Shown in pieces: positions 9,572 to 19,336 of a stretch of 64,000 bases of DNA. The DNA lies in the NCBI GenBank assembly GCA_038231135.1, contig JBBRLX010000002.1:186556-250555 (forward strand), read 5' to 3'. The number at the start of each line of letters is the position of its first letter. Positions within the stretch are counted from its first letter, which is position 1. This DNA comes from Candidatus Eiseniibacteriota bacterium (lineage in GTDB: Bacteria > Eisenbacteria > RBG-16-71-46). The translations under genes and the position numbers were made by a program. The notes beneath the pieces were generated by a model. That model saw nothing but the letters and a program-made list of their open reading frames with translations, did no database searches and was not told the origin of the DNA.

Positions 9572-10285
9572 TCAGTGGGAACGGGTACTTTTCCACACGT
9601 GGACCACACGCTGGCCCGCGGTGGCGAACGAAAACACCGTCAGCAGCAGCAGGGCGCCCGGCATCACCGGACCGACACCGAAGAACCCCGCGATCATGAT
9701 CGTCAGCAACCGCTCGGGCCGTTCGAACCAGCCGACGCGGCAATCGAGCCCCAGCCCCTCGGCCCGGGCACGGGTGTAGGACACCAGGAACGAGCTCAGC
9801 AGCGCCATCATGGCAGTCAGCGACACCACGGCCCAGGTGCGCGGCTCGAGGCCGCGGCTCAGTTCGTTGAACGCCCGGGTGGGATCGTGGACCAGATCCA
9901 CCAGGTTGACCAGATAAAATCCGGCGATCCCCACCAGCACGAAGCCCTCGGCGAACCGGTCGAGCGTCGAGTCGAGGAACGCGCCGAACTTGGACCCGCC
10001 GCCGCGGCGGCGCGCCACCTGGCCGTCGAGGATGTCGCAGATCCCGCTGCCCACCAGCAGCGACGAGCCGAGGCGGAACCCGCCTTCGAAATATGCAACG
10101 GCCGAGAACACGCTGAAGATGCAGCCGAGCGCCGTAAGCGTGTCGGGGCCCACGCCGATGCCGGTCAGCAGATTGACGACCGGATCGAGCCCGGCGTGCG
10201 CGAACCGGCGCGCGGCATCCTTGAGCGGCGCGAGGCGCCCGGGCCGCGGCGGGGCGCTGCCCGCGGTGGGAGTCGGCGCCGTCAC
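9572..10285 (-). CDS. CDP-alcohol phosphatidyltransferase, phosphatidylinositol-phosphate-synthase-like
   Basis: Signature [27 protein letters not shown] plus SYTRARAE...ERPER motif of the PIPS/AIPS group; adjacent to ino1. Confidence 0.85.
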   Translation of the reverse strand: MTAPTPTAGSAPPRPGRLAPLKDAARRFAHAGLDPVVNLLTGIGVGPDTLTALGCIFSVFSAVAYFEGGFRLGSSLLVGSGICDILDGQVARRRGGGSKFGAFLDSTLDRFAEGFVLVGIAGFYLVNLVDLVHDPTRAFNELSRGLEPRTWAVVSLTAMMALLSSFLVSYTRARAEGLGLDCRVGWFERPERLLTIMIAGFFGVGPVMPGALLLLTVFSFATAGQRVVHVWKSTRSH

Positions 10286-11106
10286 GCCGGATCCTCCGGC
10301 GACTCGTCGGCGGTGCCGCCGTCGGGTGGCGATGCCGCGGCGTGACCGCGCCCCATCCGGTCACGCCGCTCGCGCGGCGCCTCCCGGTCCTGTTCGTGCC
10401 GCGTCCTGCCGCCCAGCACCAGCACCATCTCCCCCCGTCGTTGATCCGCCTTGAGGCCCGCCCGCACTTCGGCGGCGGTGCCGCGCAACACCTGTTCGTG
10501 CAGCTTGGTGAGTTCGCGCGCCAGCGCGATCGGCCGCGGACCCCACAGCTCCTCGAGATCGCCGAGGCACGCGTCGATCCGGTGCGGCGACTCGAACGCC
10601 AGCACGGTCTCGCGGCGCTCGTGCAGCTCGCCCAGCCGCCGGCGCCGGGCTTCGCGACGCGGCGGCAGGAAGCCCGTGAACACGAACGCATCGGTGGGCA
10701 GCCCGCTCACCTGCAGCGCCGCGATCACGGCGCTCGGGCCGGGCACGCTCTCGACGCGCACTCCGGCTTCGACCGCGGCCCGCACCATCGGAAATCCGGG
10801 GTCGCTGATGCCCGGCGAACCGGCATCGGTCACCACCGCCACGCGCTCCCCCTCCCGCAGCCGGTCGAGCAGCTCGGGGATGCGGGACCGCTCGTTGTGC
10901 TCGAACAGGCTGATCACGCGCGTGGCGATCCCGAAATGGTCGAGGAGCCGCCGCGTGTGCCGCGTGTCCTCCGCGGCCACCACGTGCGCCTCGGCGAGCA
11001 CGCGCAGCGCGCGCTGCGTGATGTCCTCGAGATTGCCGATCGGAGTGGCGACCAGGAACAAGGTTCCTGCGCCGGTCCGGTGACGGGTGGAATGGACGTC
11101 GGTCAC
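10282..11106 (-). CDS. rsmI: 16S rRNA (cytidine1402-2'-O)-methyltransferase
   Basis: [45 protein letters not shown]. Confidence 0.95.
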   Translation of the reverse strand: MTDVHSTRHRTGAGTLFLVATPIGNLEDITQRALRVLAEAHVVAAEDTRHTRRLLDHFGIATRVISLFEHNERSRIPELLDRLREGERVAVVTDAGSPGISDPGFPMVRAAVEAGVRVESVPGPSAVIAALQVSGLPTDAFVFTGFLPPRREARRRRLGELHERRETVLAFESPHRIDACLGDLEELWGPRPIALARELTKLHEQVLRGTAAEVRAGLKADQRRGEMVLVLGGRTRHEQDREAPRERRDRMGRGHAAASPPDGGTADESPEDPA

Positions 11107-11284
11107 TCCGTTCCTCGCATGGAGCGGCAGACCCGATGCCCCTCCAAAAAACGGATCGCAAGTTAGCACGCTGCCGGTTTGCGACCAAGGTGGCGACGGG
11201 CGCGCCCGCGCTCACCGGAGACGCTCCCGCGCCTGTCGCCGGCCGCCGGACCGGAGTACCCGCTCTGCTACACTCGCGCGTTGC

Positions 11285-13312
11285 ATGGCCCGCACCCGCC
11301 GAGAGCGCCCGCTCCGCTCCCCGTCCGCGTCCCGCCCGGCCGCCGCTGCGTTCGCGGGCCCGCACCCCGGGCCCGGCGGTCCGTCCGCGCGTCCGGTCGC
11401 CGGCGATGCCGGCCCGGCGTGGGCCGGACCGGCGGCGTGGCTCGTGGTCGCGGCGTTCGGCGTCACGCTGCTCACGATCGCGATCGCGTTCCATCCGGTC
11501 GGCGACTACTACACCGAGAGCGATTTCTACGGCGGCTACGCCGCGGGCGCGCGCGCGATCGCCCACGGCATCGTGGACCCGTCGCGGTATCCGGTGGTCG
11601 GTCCGGGCTACGAATTCACGCTGGCCCTGCTGGGCGTCACCGGTGCCGACCTGTTCACGATCGCGAAGCTGCTGTCGGTGGCGTGCGCGACCGCGACGCT
11701 CGCGCTGTGGCGGGTGCTGTTGCGGCGGCGCGCCGGCGGCGTGGCGGCGTTCTGGGTCACGGCCCTGCTGGCGTCGAATCCGGTGCTGGTGCGCTACGGC
11801 TACTCGGCGACCACCGACATGCTCGGCACGTTCCTCGCGTCGGCGTCGGTGTTCGTGCTGCTCGGCACCCGCGGCGCGCGTGCACCGCTCGCGGCCGGGG
11901 CGCTGGCGGCGCTGGCCGCGCTCACGCGCTACAACCTGGCGGCGCTGGCGCCGGCGGCGGTGATCGTGCTCGCGGTGCTCGAGCCCGGGGCGCGCGGACG
12001 CGGCCGCGCGGTGGCGGCGTATCTCGGTGGCTTCGCCGCGGTCGCAATGCCGTGGGCTGCGTACTCGCTGGCCGTGGGTCACGTCCCCGGCATCAGCCTC
12101 TATCGCAACTTCGGCTTCTACATCAACCCCGATCCGAGCCGGAACGTGCAGGACGAATACGGCTTCCTGTCGAACGCGAGGCTGCACACCGAGACGCTGC
12201 TCGAGCTGCTGCGCACGCGCCCGCTCGAACTGCTGCGGCGTTCGGCGGTGAACCTGCCGCTCCACCTGTGGCGCGACGTGCGCGAGCTGCTCGGCATTCC
12301 GGTCGCGGCGCTGTGCGCGCTGGGCGCGGCGCTCGCGCTCGGACCCGCGACGCGGCGCGCGCTGGCCGCGGTGTGGGTGCAGGGCGCGCTGCTGTTCCTG
12401 GCGCTGGTCCCGGTGTTCTACAGCGACCGCTACTCGATGCCGCTCGCGCCCGTCTACCTCACGCTCGCCGGCGCGTTCGTCGCGGGCCAGGACGGCATCG
12501 CGCGCCGCATCCCGGGCGCGGCGCGCGCGCTCGCCGGCGCCGCGGCATGCGTGGCGCTCGTCGCGTGGTGCGTCCCCTATCAGCGGAACGTGCTCCGGGT
12601 GTCGCCGGTCGAGACGCGCGACGCCGGCCGGGTGCTCGCAGGGCTCGCCCGTCCCGGCGAGCGGGTGGTGAGCCGCAAGGGCCACATCGGCTACTACTCG
12701 GGGCTCCAGGTCGAGCCGTTCCCGCGCTTCCACACGCTGCAGGAGCTGGCCGGTTACGCGCGCGACCATCACGCCCAGTATCTGTACTTCTCGTGGTACG
12801 AGGCGCTGCTGCGCCAGGAGTTCGCGTATCTGCTCGACACCACGGCGACGATCCCCGGACTCACGCCGCTCTACGTGACCACGCACAACCCCAGCGTGCT
12901 CTACCGCATCGGGCCCGGGTTCGGGCTCGATCCCGCATGGGCAGCCGATTCCGACGCGCGGCGCGTGCACGTCGCGCGCGCGCTCGTCCGGGTGCTGCCG
13001 GACTCGCTGGTGTGGACCCACCGGCTCGTGCTGGCCGCCGACGCGCTGGCGCGCGGCGACGCCGCGGGTGCGCTGCGCGAGGCCGAGCTCGCCACGCGCA
13101 TCCGGCCCGCGAACGCGCTCGGCTGGGCGCTGCAGGGCGAAGCGCTGCGCCAGATGGACCGGAACGCCCAGGCACGGATCGCGTTCGAACGCGCGCTGGC
13201 GATCGACCCGGGCGATCCACAGGCACGCGTCGGGCTCGGCCTGGCGGCGCTCGCGCTCGGCGACACCACCGCCGCGGACTCGGCACGCGCCCGGCAATCG
13301 CGGCGGCGCTGA
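11285..13312 (+). CDS. ArnT/PMT-like (GT-C) polytopic membrane glycosyltransferase with C-terminal TPRs
   Basis: Acidic first loop ESDFY, many hydrophobic helices, TTDML, LTRY, DRYSMP motifs; TPR-like tail (FERALAIDPGDPQARVGLG). Confidence 0.7.
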   Translation: MARTRRERPLRSPSASRPAAAAFAGPHPGPGGPSARPVAGDAGPAWAGPAAWLVVAAFGVTLLTIAIAFHPVGDYYTESDFYGGYAAGARAIAHGIVDPSRYPVVGPGYEFTLALLGVTGADLFTIAKLLSVACATATLALWRVLLRRRAGGVAAFWVTALLASNPVLVRYGYSATTDMLGTFLASASVFVLLGTRGARAPLAAGALAALAALTRYNLAALAPAAVIVLAVLEPGARGRGRAVAAYLGGFAAVAMPWAAYSLAVGHVPGISLYRNFGFYINPDPSRNVQDEYGFLSNARLHTETLLELLRTRPLELLRRSAVNLPLHLWRDVRELLGIPVAALCALGAALALGPATRRALAAVWVQGALLFLALVPVFYSDRYSMPLAPVYLTLAGAFVAGQDGIARRIPGAARALAGAAACVALVAWCVPYQRNVLRVSPVETRDAGRVLAGLARPGERVVSRKGHIGYYSGLQVEPFPRFHTLQELAGYARDHHAQYLYFSWYEALLRQEFAYLLDTTATIPGLTPLYVTTHNPSVLYRIGPGFGLDPAWAADSDARRVHVARALVRVLPDSLVWTHRLVLAADALARGDAAGALREAELATRIRPANALGWALQGEALRQMDRNAQARIAFERALAIDPGDPQARVGLGLAALALGDTTAADSARARQSRRR

Positions 13313-13347
13313 GCGGGACCGGCGGAGTCGGGACGCCGCGGCGTTCC

Positions 13348-14409
13348 CTACGCGGTCGCCACCCCGAGCACTTCGCCGACCACGGCCCGGAACGCCTCGA
13401 CGGCCCGCTCGACGCCCGCGTCGTCGATGTCCAGATGCGTGATCGCACGCAACTTCTTCGGTCCGTACGCCGACAGGTGCACGCCGCGCTCGAACAGCCG
13501 GCGCGCGAGATCCGGCCCGTCGAGCGACGGATGCTCGAGCAGCATGAACACGATGTTCGTCTGGGGCGCCACCACACGAATGCCGGGCAGCGTGGCGATC
13601 GCGTCGGCCAGCACCCGCGCCCGGGCGTGATCGTCGGCCAGCCGCTCGATGTGATGATCGAGCGCGTACAGGCACGCCGCCGCGAGGATGCCGACCTGGC
13701 GCATGCCGCCGCCCCAGCGCTTCCGCAGCCGGTGCGCCCGGTGGATCACATCGGCGGGGCCCGCGAGGATCGAGCCGACGGGCGCGCCGAGCGCCTTGGA
13801 GAAGCACATCATCACCGTGTCCACCGGCGCCGCCCAGTCGGCGAGCGGGATGCCGCTCGCGACCGACGCGTTCCACAGCCGGGCGCCATCCATGTGCACC
13901 GCCATGCCGTACTGATGCGCGGCCGCCGCGGCCGCCCGCACGCGCTCGAGCGGCACGATCGCGCCGCCGTGGCGGTTGTGGGTGTTCTCGATGCACAACA
14001 GCCGCACGTGCGCGACGTGATCGTCCTCGCCGCGCACCGCCGCCGCGATCGCGACCGGATCGATCGCGCCGCGATCGCTGGGCATCGGGTGGGCCAGCGT
14101 GCCCGAGTTCGCCGCGATGCCGCCCTGCTCGTACACGAACACGTGCGAGTCGGCTTCGAGCAGCACCTCGTCGCCCGGCTGGGTCTGACACGCCACCGCG
14201 AGCTGGTTGCCCATCGTGCCGCTCGGCACGTAGAGCGCGGCGTCCTTGACCGTCAGGCGGGCGACACGCTCCTCGAGTGCCAGCACGGTCGGATCGTCGC
14301 CGTAGACGTCATCGCCGACCACGGCCTCCGCGATGGCCCGGCGCATCGCCGGAGTGGGACGGGTCACGGTATCGCTGCGCAGGTCCACGAGGTCGGTTCG
14401 AAGCGTCAC
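13348..14409 (-). CDS. ltaE: Low-specificity L-threonine aldolase
   Basis: [61 protein letters not shown]. Confidence 0.93.
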   Translation of the reverse strand: MTLRTDLVDLRSDTVTRPTPAMRRAIAEAVVGDDVYGDDPTVLALEERVARLTVKDAALYVPSGTMGNQLAVACQTQPGDEVLLEADSHVFVYEQGGIAANSGTLAHPMPSDRGAIDPVAIAAAVRGEDDHVAHVRLLCIENTHNRHGGAIVPLERVRAAAAAAHQYGMAVHMDGARLWNASVASGIPLADWAAPVDTVMMCFSKALGAPVGSILAGPADVIHRAHRLRKRWGGGMRQVGILAAACLYALDHHIERLADDHARARVLADAIATLPGIRVVAPQTNIVFMLLEHPSLDGPDLARRLFERGVHLSAYGPKKLRAITHLDIDDAGVERAVEAFRAVVGEVLGVATA

Positions 14410-14638
14410 GGCGTCTCTCCCGGGATGCGGAATCCTTGACAATCTTCCACGGTCAGTGCGCACAGTGTACAGGAGTGGCGGCCCGGTTTCGGTCCTGGGG
14501 CCGCGGCGTTGCGGCATCCGAATTGCCGGAACGCAGCCACCCCATATCCATCAAAACATACGATTCCTCAGTCACCGCGGGCGCCGCCATGGGGGCGGCG
14601 ACGGCGGGCGGCGCGAATCGCGAGGAGAGTTACGCCCC

Positions 14639-15340
14639 ATGCCATTCGGCTTTTTCGATCCGACCATGATCCTGATCCTACCGGCGCTGTTCTTCGCCAT
14701 ATGGGCACAATGGAAGGTTCAGCGCACGTATAAGGAGTTCTCGAAGGTTCCCGCTGCGAACGGGATGACCGGCCGCCAGATAGCGCAGATGATCATGACG
14801 CGCAACGGCATCAGCGACGTCGGCATCGAGGAAGTGGGCGGCGTGCTGAGCGATCACTACGACCCGCGCACGAAGATGGTGAGCCTGAGCTCCGACAATT
14901 TCCGGGCGGCCTCGGTCGCTTCGATCGCGGTGGGGGCCCACGAGGTGGGTCACGTGCTGCAGCACCACCAGGGCTATGCGCCGCTCGCGATCCGGTCGGC
15001 GATCGCGCCGGTGGCGGGTTTCGGCAGCATGCTGGCGTTTCCGCTGTTCTTCATCGGCCTGCTGTTCGGCGGCCGCGGCGTCATGTCGGGCACGCTGATG
15101 GACCTGGGCATCCTGCTGTTCACGGGAGCGGTGATCTTCCAGGTCGTCACGCTGCCGGTGGAGTTTGATGCTTCCAAACGCGCGCTCGTCCAGCTCACCG
15201 AAACGGGTGCGCTGGCGCCCCAGGAAGTCGCGGGAGCGAAGCGGGTCCTCGATGCCGCGGCGCTGACCTACGTAGCCGCAGCGGCCGTGGCGGCCTTGCA
15301 GTTACTGCGTCTGGTGGTGCTCAGGGATAGCCGCAGATAG
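14639..15340 (+). CDS. Membrane neutral zinc metallopeptidase (YugP-like)
   Basis: LSDHYDP, AHEVGH (HExxH), TLPVEFDASKRA, AAALTYV. Confidence 0.9.
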   Translation: MPFGFFDPTMILILPALFFAIWAQWKVQRTYKEFSKVPAANGMTGRQIAQMIMTRNGISDVGIEEVGGVLSDHYDPRTKMVSLSSDNFRAASVASIAVGAHEVGHVLQHHQGYAPLAIRSAIAPVAGFGSMLAFPLFFIGLLFGGRGVMSGTLMDLGILLFTGAVIFQVVTLPVEFDASKRALVQLTETGALAPQEVAGAKRVLDAAALTYVAAAAVAALQLLRLVVLRDSRR

Positions 15341-15345
15341 GCTCC

Positions 15346-15624
15346 CTAGCTCTGCGACACCATGTCCTTGAGTTCCTTGGACACCTTGAACACCGGCACC
15401 TTGCGCGGCGGCACGGGCACGGCTTCGCCGGTTCGCGGATTGCGGGCGATGCGGGACTTGCGGTCCTTGACCCGGAACGTGCCGAAGCCGCGGATCTCGA
15501 TGTGATGGCCGTTCGCAAGCGCCTTCGCCACAGCGTTCAAGAACGAGTCGACCGTTTCGGCGACGTCCTTCTTGGTGAGGCCGGTCCGTTCGGAAATCTG
15601 ATCGACGATATCCGCCTTGGTCAT
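15346..15624 (-). CDS. HU/IHF family DNA-binding protein
   Basis: MTKADIV, IEIRGFGTF, ARNPRTGE, PVFKVSKELK; SD GGAGG. Confidence 0.95.
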   Translation of the reverse strand: MTKADIVDQISERTGLTKKDVAETVDSFLNAVAKALANGHHIEIRGFGTFRVKDRKSRIARNPRTGEAVPVPPRKVPVFKVSKELKDMVSQS

Positions 15625-15692
15625 TTCGCCTCCGCGTCCTCGGGCGGGAACCCCTTGGGATTCCCAGCTTTGCCTCACCGCGAGGCCCTAGG

Positions 15693-15722
15693 AAGCTAAC
15701 AAGCGACGTAAAAACCTGTCAA
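15693..15722 (-). promoter_or_regulatory. sigma70-type promoter TTGACA-N18-TAGCTT (extended TG) for the HU/IHF gene
   Basis: Perfect -35 at 15717-15722; -10 at 15693-15698. Confidence 0.65.
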
Positions 15723-15750
15723 TCAGTTTTTGGACAAGGCGTTGCGGCGT

Positions 15751-16701
15751 TCAGGCTTGGCCGCTGCCGTCCCCCAGCACCTTCCGACGGGTGGCTTCGA
15801 GCGGATGGCCGGCGGCGGCCTCGACCGCGCGGGCCAGGAATGGCCTGCCCCGGGCGGTCTCTTCGCGCCATTCGGCCGCAAACGCGCCGCTGCGGATCTC
15901 GGCCAGCATCGCCTCCATCGCCGCCCGGCTCCCGGGCCCGATCACGCGGGGCCCCCGCGTGAGGTCGCCGTAGAGCGCGGTGCCGCTGATCGCGCCGCGC
16001 AGCCCCGCCACCCCGCGTTCGTGCAACAGGTCGGCCAGGTACTTGAGCTGGTGCACGCACTCGAGATAGGCGATTTCCGGCGCGTAGCCGGCCGCGACCA
16101 GCACTTCGTAGGCGTTGCGCACCAGCGCGTTCATGCCGCCGCACAGCACCGCCTGTTCGCCGAACAGGTCGACCTCGGTCTCCTCGCGCACCGTGGTCGC
16201 CCACACCGGGGCGAGGCCGAGCCGGCCGGCATAGGCGTGCGCGATGGCCCACGCCGAGCCCGATGCGTCCTGGTGCACGGCGAGGTACCCGGCGAGCGGC
16301 GGGCGGGCGGGATCGCGCTCGAGCAGGCGCCCCGGGCCGGCGGGCGACACCAGCACCACGTCCGCATTCGGCGGAAACTCGAGCGCCGAATACAGCAGGT
16401 TGAAGCCGTGCGCGAACACCACGGCGGCGCCGGGAGCCAGCTGTGCCTGCCAGGCAGGCCATACCGCGGCCACGGCCTCATCGGGGATCAGCACGGCCAC
16501 GATTCGCGCGCCGGCGATCGCGGCGGCGGGATCCTGAACCGCGAAGCCTTCGGCGCGCGCGCGGGGATGAGAAGCGCCGTCCGGGCGCACGCCGATCGTC
16601 ACGTCGAGTCCGCTCGCCCTGAGCGCACGCGCCTGCGCGGCGCCCTGGTTGCCGAAGCCGAGCACCGTCACGCAGGCGCCGGCGAGGAGATCGGTCGTCA
16701 T
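15751..16701 (-). CDS. ilvC: Ketol-acid reductoisomerase, class I (divergent)
   Basis: GFGNQG Rossmann motif, LIPDE, FAHGFN, EETEVDLFGEQAVLCGG, AYLEC. Confidence 0.85.
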   Translation of the reverse strand: MTTDLLAGACVTVLGFGNQGAAQARALRASGLDVTIGVRPDGASHPRARAEGFAVQDPAAAIAGARIVAVLIPDEAVAAVWPAWQAQLAPGAAVVFAHGFNLLYSALEFPPNADVVLVSPAGPGRLLERDPARPPLAGYLAVHQDASGSAWAIAHAYAGRLGLAPVWATTVREETEVDLFGEQAVLCGGMNALVRNAYEVLVAAGYAPEIAYLECVHQLKYLADLLHERGVAGLRGAISGTALYGDLTRGPRVIGPGSRAAMEAMLAEIRSGAFAAEWREETARGRPFLARAVEAAAGHPLEATRRKVLGDGSGQA

Positions 16702-16825
16702 GAGTTCCGAGCGATGAGTGGGGTGAGTGCGATCGATGCGGGGACTGCGATGGGGAAGCGCCGGACTGCCCTGCGGCGGCAGGCAGCGGCCCGGGCGGCG
16801 CCCGTGAGCGCCGCCCACCGCACGG

Positions 16826-18259
16826 CTACTTCTTGATCACCGCAGCCACGCTCCAATCCGACTTCTGGACCTGCTTGCCCGCCGGATTGAAGTGGTACGC
16901 CACCATCTTCGTCCAGTAGAACCAGGTCTCGTACTTCTGGCCGTCGGATTCCCACTGGCTGAGCTGCTCCGGCGCCGACATGCTGGCCAGCGTCTTCGCG
17001 GCATCGCTGCCGGCGGGCGACTTCTTCGCCTGGGCCGCAGGGTCGTCGACCGGCTTCCCGTTCGTGAGCGCCAGGTACACCATGTACTCCTCGGTGCCCT
17101 TCGGGTTGTTGCCGGCCTTGGTGTACGCAGCGCCGAGCTGGCGATGGAACGCCTTGTTCTTGGGATCGTGGACCACGGCCTGGTGCAGCACCGACACCGA
17201 TTCGTCGAACTTCTTCTCGTCGGCGAGCGTGGAACCCAGCGCCGACAGGGCGTCCGGATCGTCCGGTCGCGCCTTGAGCGCCGCCTTCCACTGCCCTTCG
17301 GCCAGCTCGTTCTCGCCCGCGTTCTGATAGGCCAGCGCGGCGTTGAACGGCAGGTCGGCATCGCCCGGCTTCAGGTCGCCGGCCCTGGCGTAGGCATCGC
17401 CCGCCGCCTTGAAGTCCTTCTTGCGCGCGTCGCCCTCACCCGCCTGGGCCTCCTTGAACAGCGCCTCGGCCACGCCCAGGTAGAGGTCGCTGTTGCTGGG
17501 ATCGGTCTTGATCAGGTCGCGGTAGAAATCGACGGCCTTGTCATACTTCTTGTCGTCGATGAATCCGGCCGCGATCTGCTGGAGCACCGCGCGGCGCGAC
17601 TTCGCGAGATCGCTGTCGCCGGGCGCCGACTTGATGCCTTCGTTGAAATAGGCCAGCGCGGGCTCCCACTGCCCCATGAACGCGTACACCGACCCGAGGT
17701 TCCGCAGCGTGCGCGGGTCGCCGGGCTTGAGGAACGACGCGCAGGTGAGGCTCGTGACCGCCTGCTGGTACTTTTTCTGCGCCTCGTCCTTGAGCGTCTT
17801 GTCCGCGTCGGCCGCGGGCGGCTTCATGAAATCGGGATACGCCGCCTGCGCCTCGGTGATGCGCGTGATGCCGTTGTTGAACGCCGTCGCCCAGTAGGAG
17901 TTGCGGTTCGTCGTGGCCCAGTCGACCTTCTTCTTGTCGGCGTGCTCGAGCCCCGCGATGGCGCGGCGGAACGCGATTCCGGCAGGCCCGCAGCTCTCGA
18001 TCTCGGCGTAGGCCCATCCCAGGTAACCCATCGCCTCGTAGTCGGTCGAGTCCTCGGCCGCGCACTGCTCGAGCTGCTGCACGGCCTTGAGCATCTGCCG
18101 CTTGTAGTCGTCGGTATTGCCCTTGTCCTTGTCCCGCATGCCCTGCACGACGTACTGAATGCCGCCCGCGCAGTGCGGGTTGCGCGCATACGCCGCGCCC
18201 ACGAAAGCCACGGTGCCCAGCGCCACGCCGAGGGTGGTGGCGATCGCAATGCGTTTCAC
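16826..18259 (-). CDS. Secreted tetratricopeptide-repeat protein
   Basis: SD AGGAGG and GTG start, signal peptide ending AYA, multiple TPRs (LRNLGSVYAFMGQW, ALSALGSTLADEKKF). Confidence 0.85.
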   Translation of the reverse strand: MKRIAIATTLGVALGTVAFVGAAYARNPHCAGGIQYVVQGMRDKDKGNTDDYKRQMLKAVQQLEQCAAEDSTDYEAMGYLGWAYAEIESCGPAGIAFRRAIAGLEHADKKKVDWATTNRNSYWATAFNNGITRITEAQAAYPDFMKPPAADADKTLKDEAQKKYQQAVTSLTCASFLKPGDPRTLRNLGSVYAFMGQWEPALAYFNEGIKSAPGDSDLAKSRRAVLQQIAAGFIDDKKYDKAVDFYRDLIKTDPSNSDLYLGVAEALFKEAQAGEGDARKKDFKAAGDAYARAGDLKPGDADLPFNAALAYQNAGENELAEGQWKAALKARPDDPDALSALGSTLADEKKFDESVSVLHQAVVHDPKNKAFHRQLGAAYTKAGNNPKGTEEYMVYLALTNGKPVDDPAAQAKKSPAGSDAAKTLASMSAPEQLSQWESDGQKYETWFYWTKMVAYHFNPAGKQVQKSDWSVAAVIKK

Positions 18260-18338
18260 GGAATTGCCTCCTTGATGGGGTGAAGCGAGCGGCCTTGGAA
18301 CGGGCCGGCGGCACACCGCCTTGGGCCCTGCCGGCCGG

Positions 18339-19064
18339 CTACGTAAGCCGATTGCCGTTGACCGCCAGACCGAACGTGGTGCCGAGGAACTTCGCCGCCT
18401 TGCGCGACGCCAGCATGCGCGTCATGAAGATCTCGAAGTACTCCATCACCTGCGAGATGCGGGTGTCGATCGTGAGCTCCAGCGTGATCTGCTTCTCGGC
18501 CTCATTCACGTTCAGGAAGCTCTTCTCGACCGCGTAGTTGACCCGGTCGTGGATGTCGAAGTTGATCATGTCGGCGTTGCGGACGCGCGTGCGGTGCACG
18601 TCGCTCTTGTCCGCCAGGATCAGCGCCGCGGCGACCGCGCTCACCGGGTCGCCGTCGTTCTCGTGATGATTGCCGATCGCGCCGATCACGCGGACGATCT
18701 CGAGGTCCGGCATGCCCATCTTGTCGAGCAATTGCATGGCCATCACCGCGCTGGACTGGGCATGGTGGTCGCGATTCACCGCGTTGCCGATGTCGTGCAG
18801 GTAGCCCGCGATCGCGGCCAGCTCGGACTCGCGCTCGGGATAGCCCAGCCGCTTGAGGATGTTGAACGCGATGTGGGCGACCAGCCCGACATGGCGCTCG
18901 CCGTGCTCGGTGTAGCCGATCTCCGCCAGCGCCTCGTCCGCCTTCCGGACATAGATCTTCACCCGCGGGTTCTCCCGGACTTCGAGGAACGTGAGCAGGT
19001 GGGACTCGTCGGCCGAATGGGCGTCGGAAGTCACGGGGCGGATGGGAACGATGCGTTGGGACAT
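18339..19064 (-). CDS. HD-superfamily metal-dependent phosphohydrolase (COG3294-like)
   Basis: GYTEHGERH, LHDIGNAVNR, GNHHE, ILADKSDVHRTRVR, IHDRVNYAV. Confidence 0.85.
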   Translation of the reverse strand: MSQRIVPIRPVTSDAHSADESHLLTFLEVRENPRVKIYVRKADEALAEIGYTEHGERHVGLVAHIAFNILKRLGYPERESELAAIAGYLHDIGNAVNRDHHAQSSAVMAMQLLDKMGMPDLEIVRVIGAIGNHHENDGDPVSAVAAALILADKSDVHRTRVRNADMINFDIHDRVNYAVEKSFLNVNEAEKQITLELTIDTRISQVMEYFEIFMTRMLASRKAAKFLGTTFGLAVNGNRLT

Positions 19065-19148
19065 GATGGGGTCTTTCGAACTCGGTATATGCGGGAACGA
19101 TGCCAGAATCACCGCCGGGCCGGCGCGGGCGTGAGGGAAAGCGGATCG

Positions 19149-19178
19149 ACTGTAGGCCGCGCTTCGAATGCCGGTCAA
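19149..19178 (-). promoter_or_regulatory. sigma70-type promoter TTGACC-N18-TACAGT for the HD hydrolase gene
   Basis: -35 at 19173-19178, -10 at 19149-19154. Confidence 0.5.
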
Positions 19179-19336
19179 GCATCACGGCAAAACCGCCCAT
19201 TCTGACGCGAACCTGACGTTTCGATCGGCGGATTTCGCTCCTGCGCCACGCCCCCGCAACCCCGGGCGAACCCCGCGGCCGGTATCGCCGCGCCGCCGCG
19301 CGTGGCGGCGCGGCGACACCCGTGCGGCGCCCGCCG

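Noticed and set aside
10361..14191. Very long alternative-frame or antisense ORFs (also 22298-24733, 50318-53128, 52623-55691 and many more)
   Set aside because: Arg/Ala/Gly/Pro-rich shadow ORFs expected at this GC content; they overlap genes with clear family motifs
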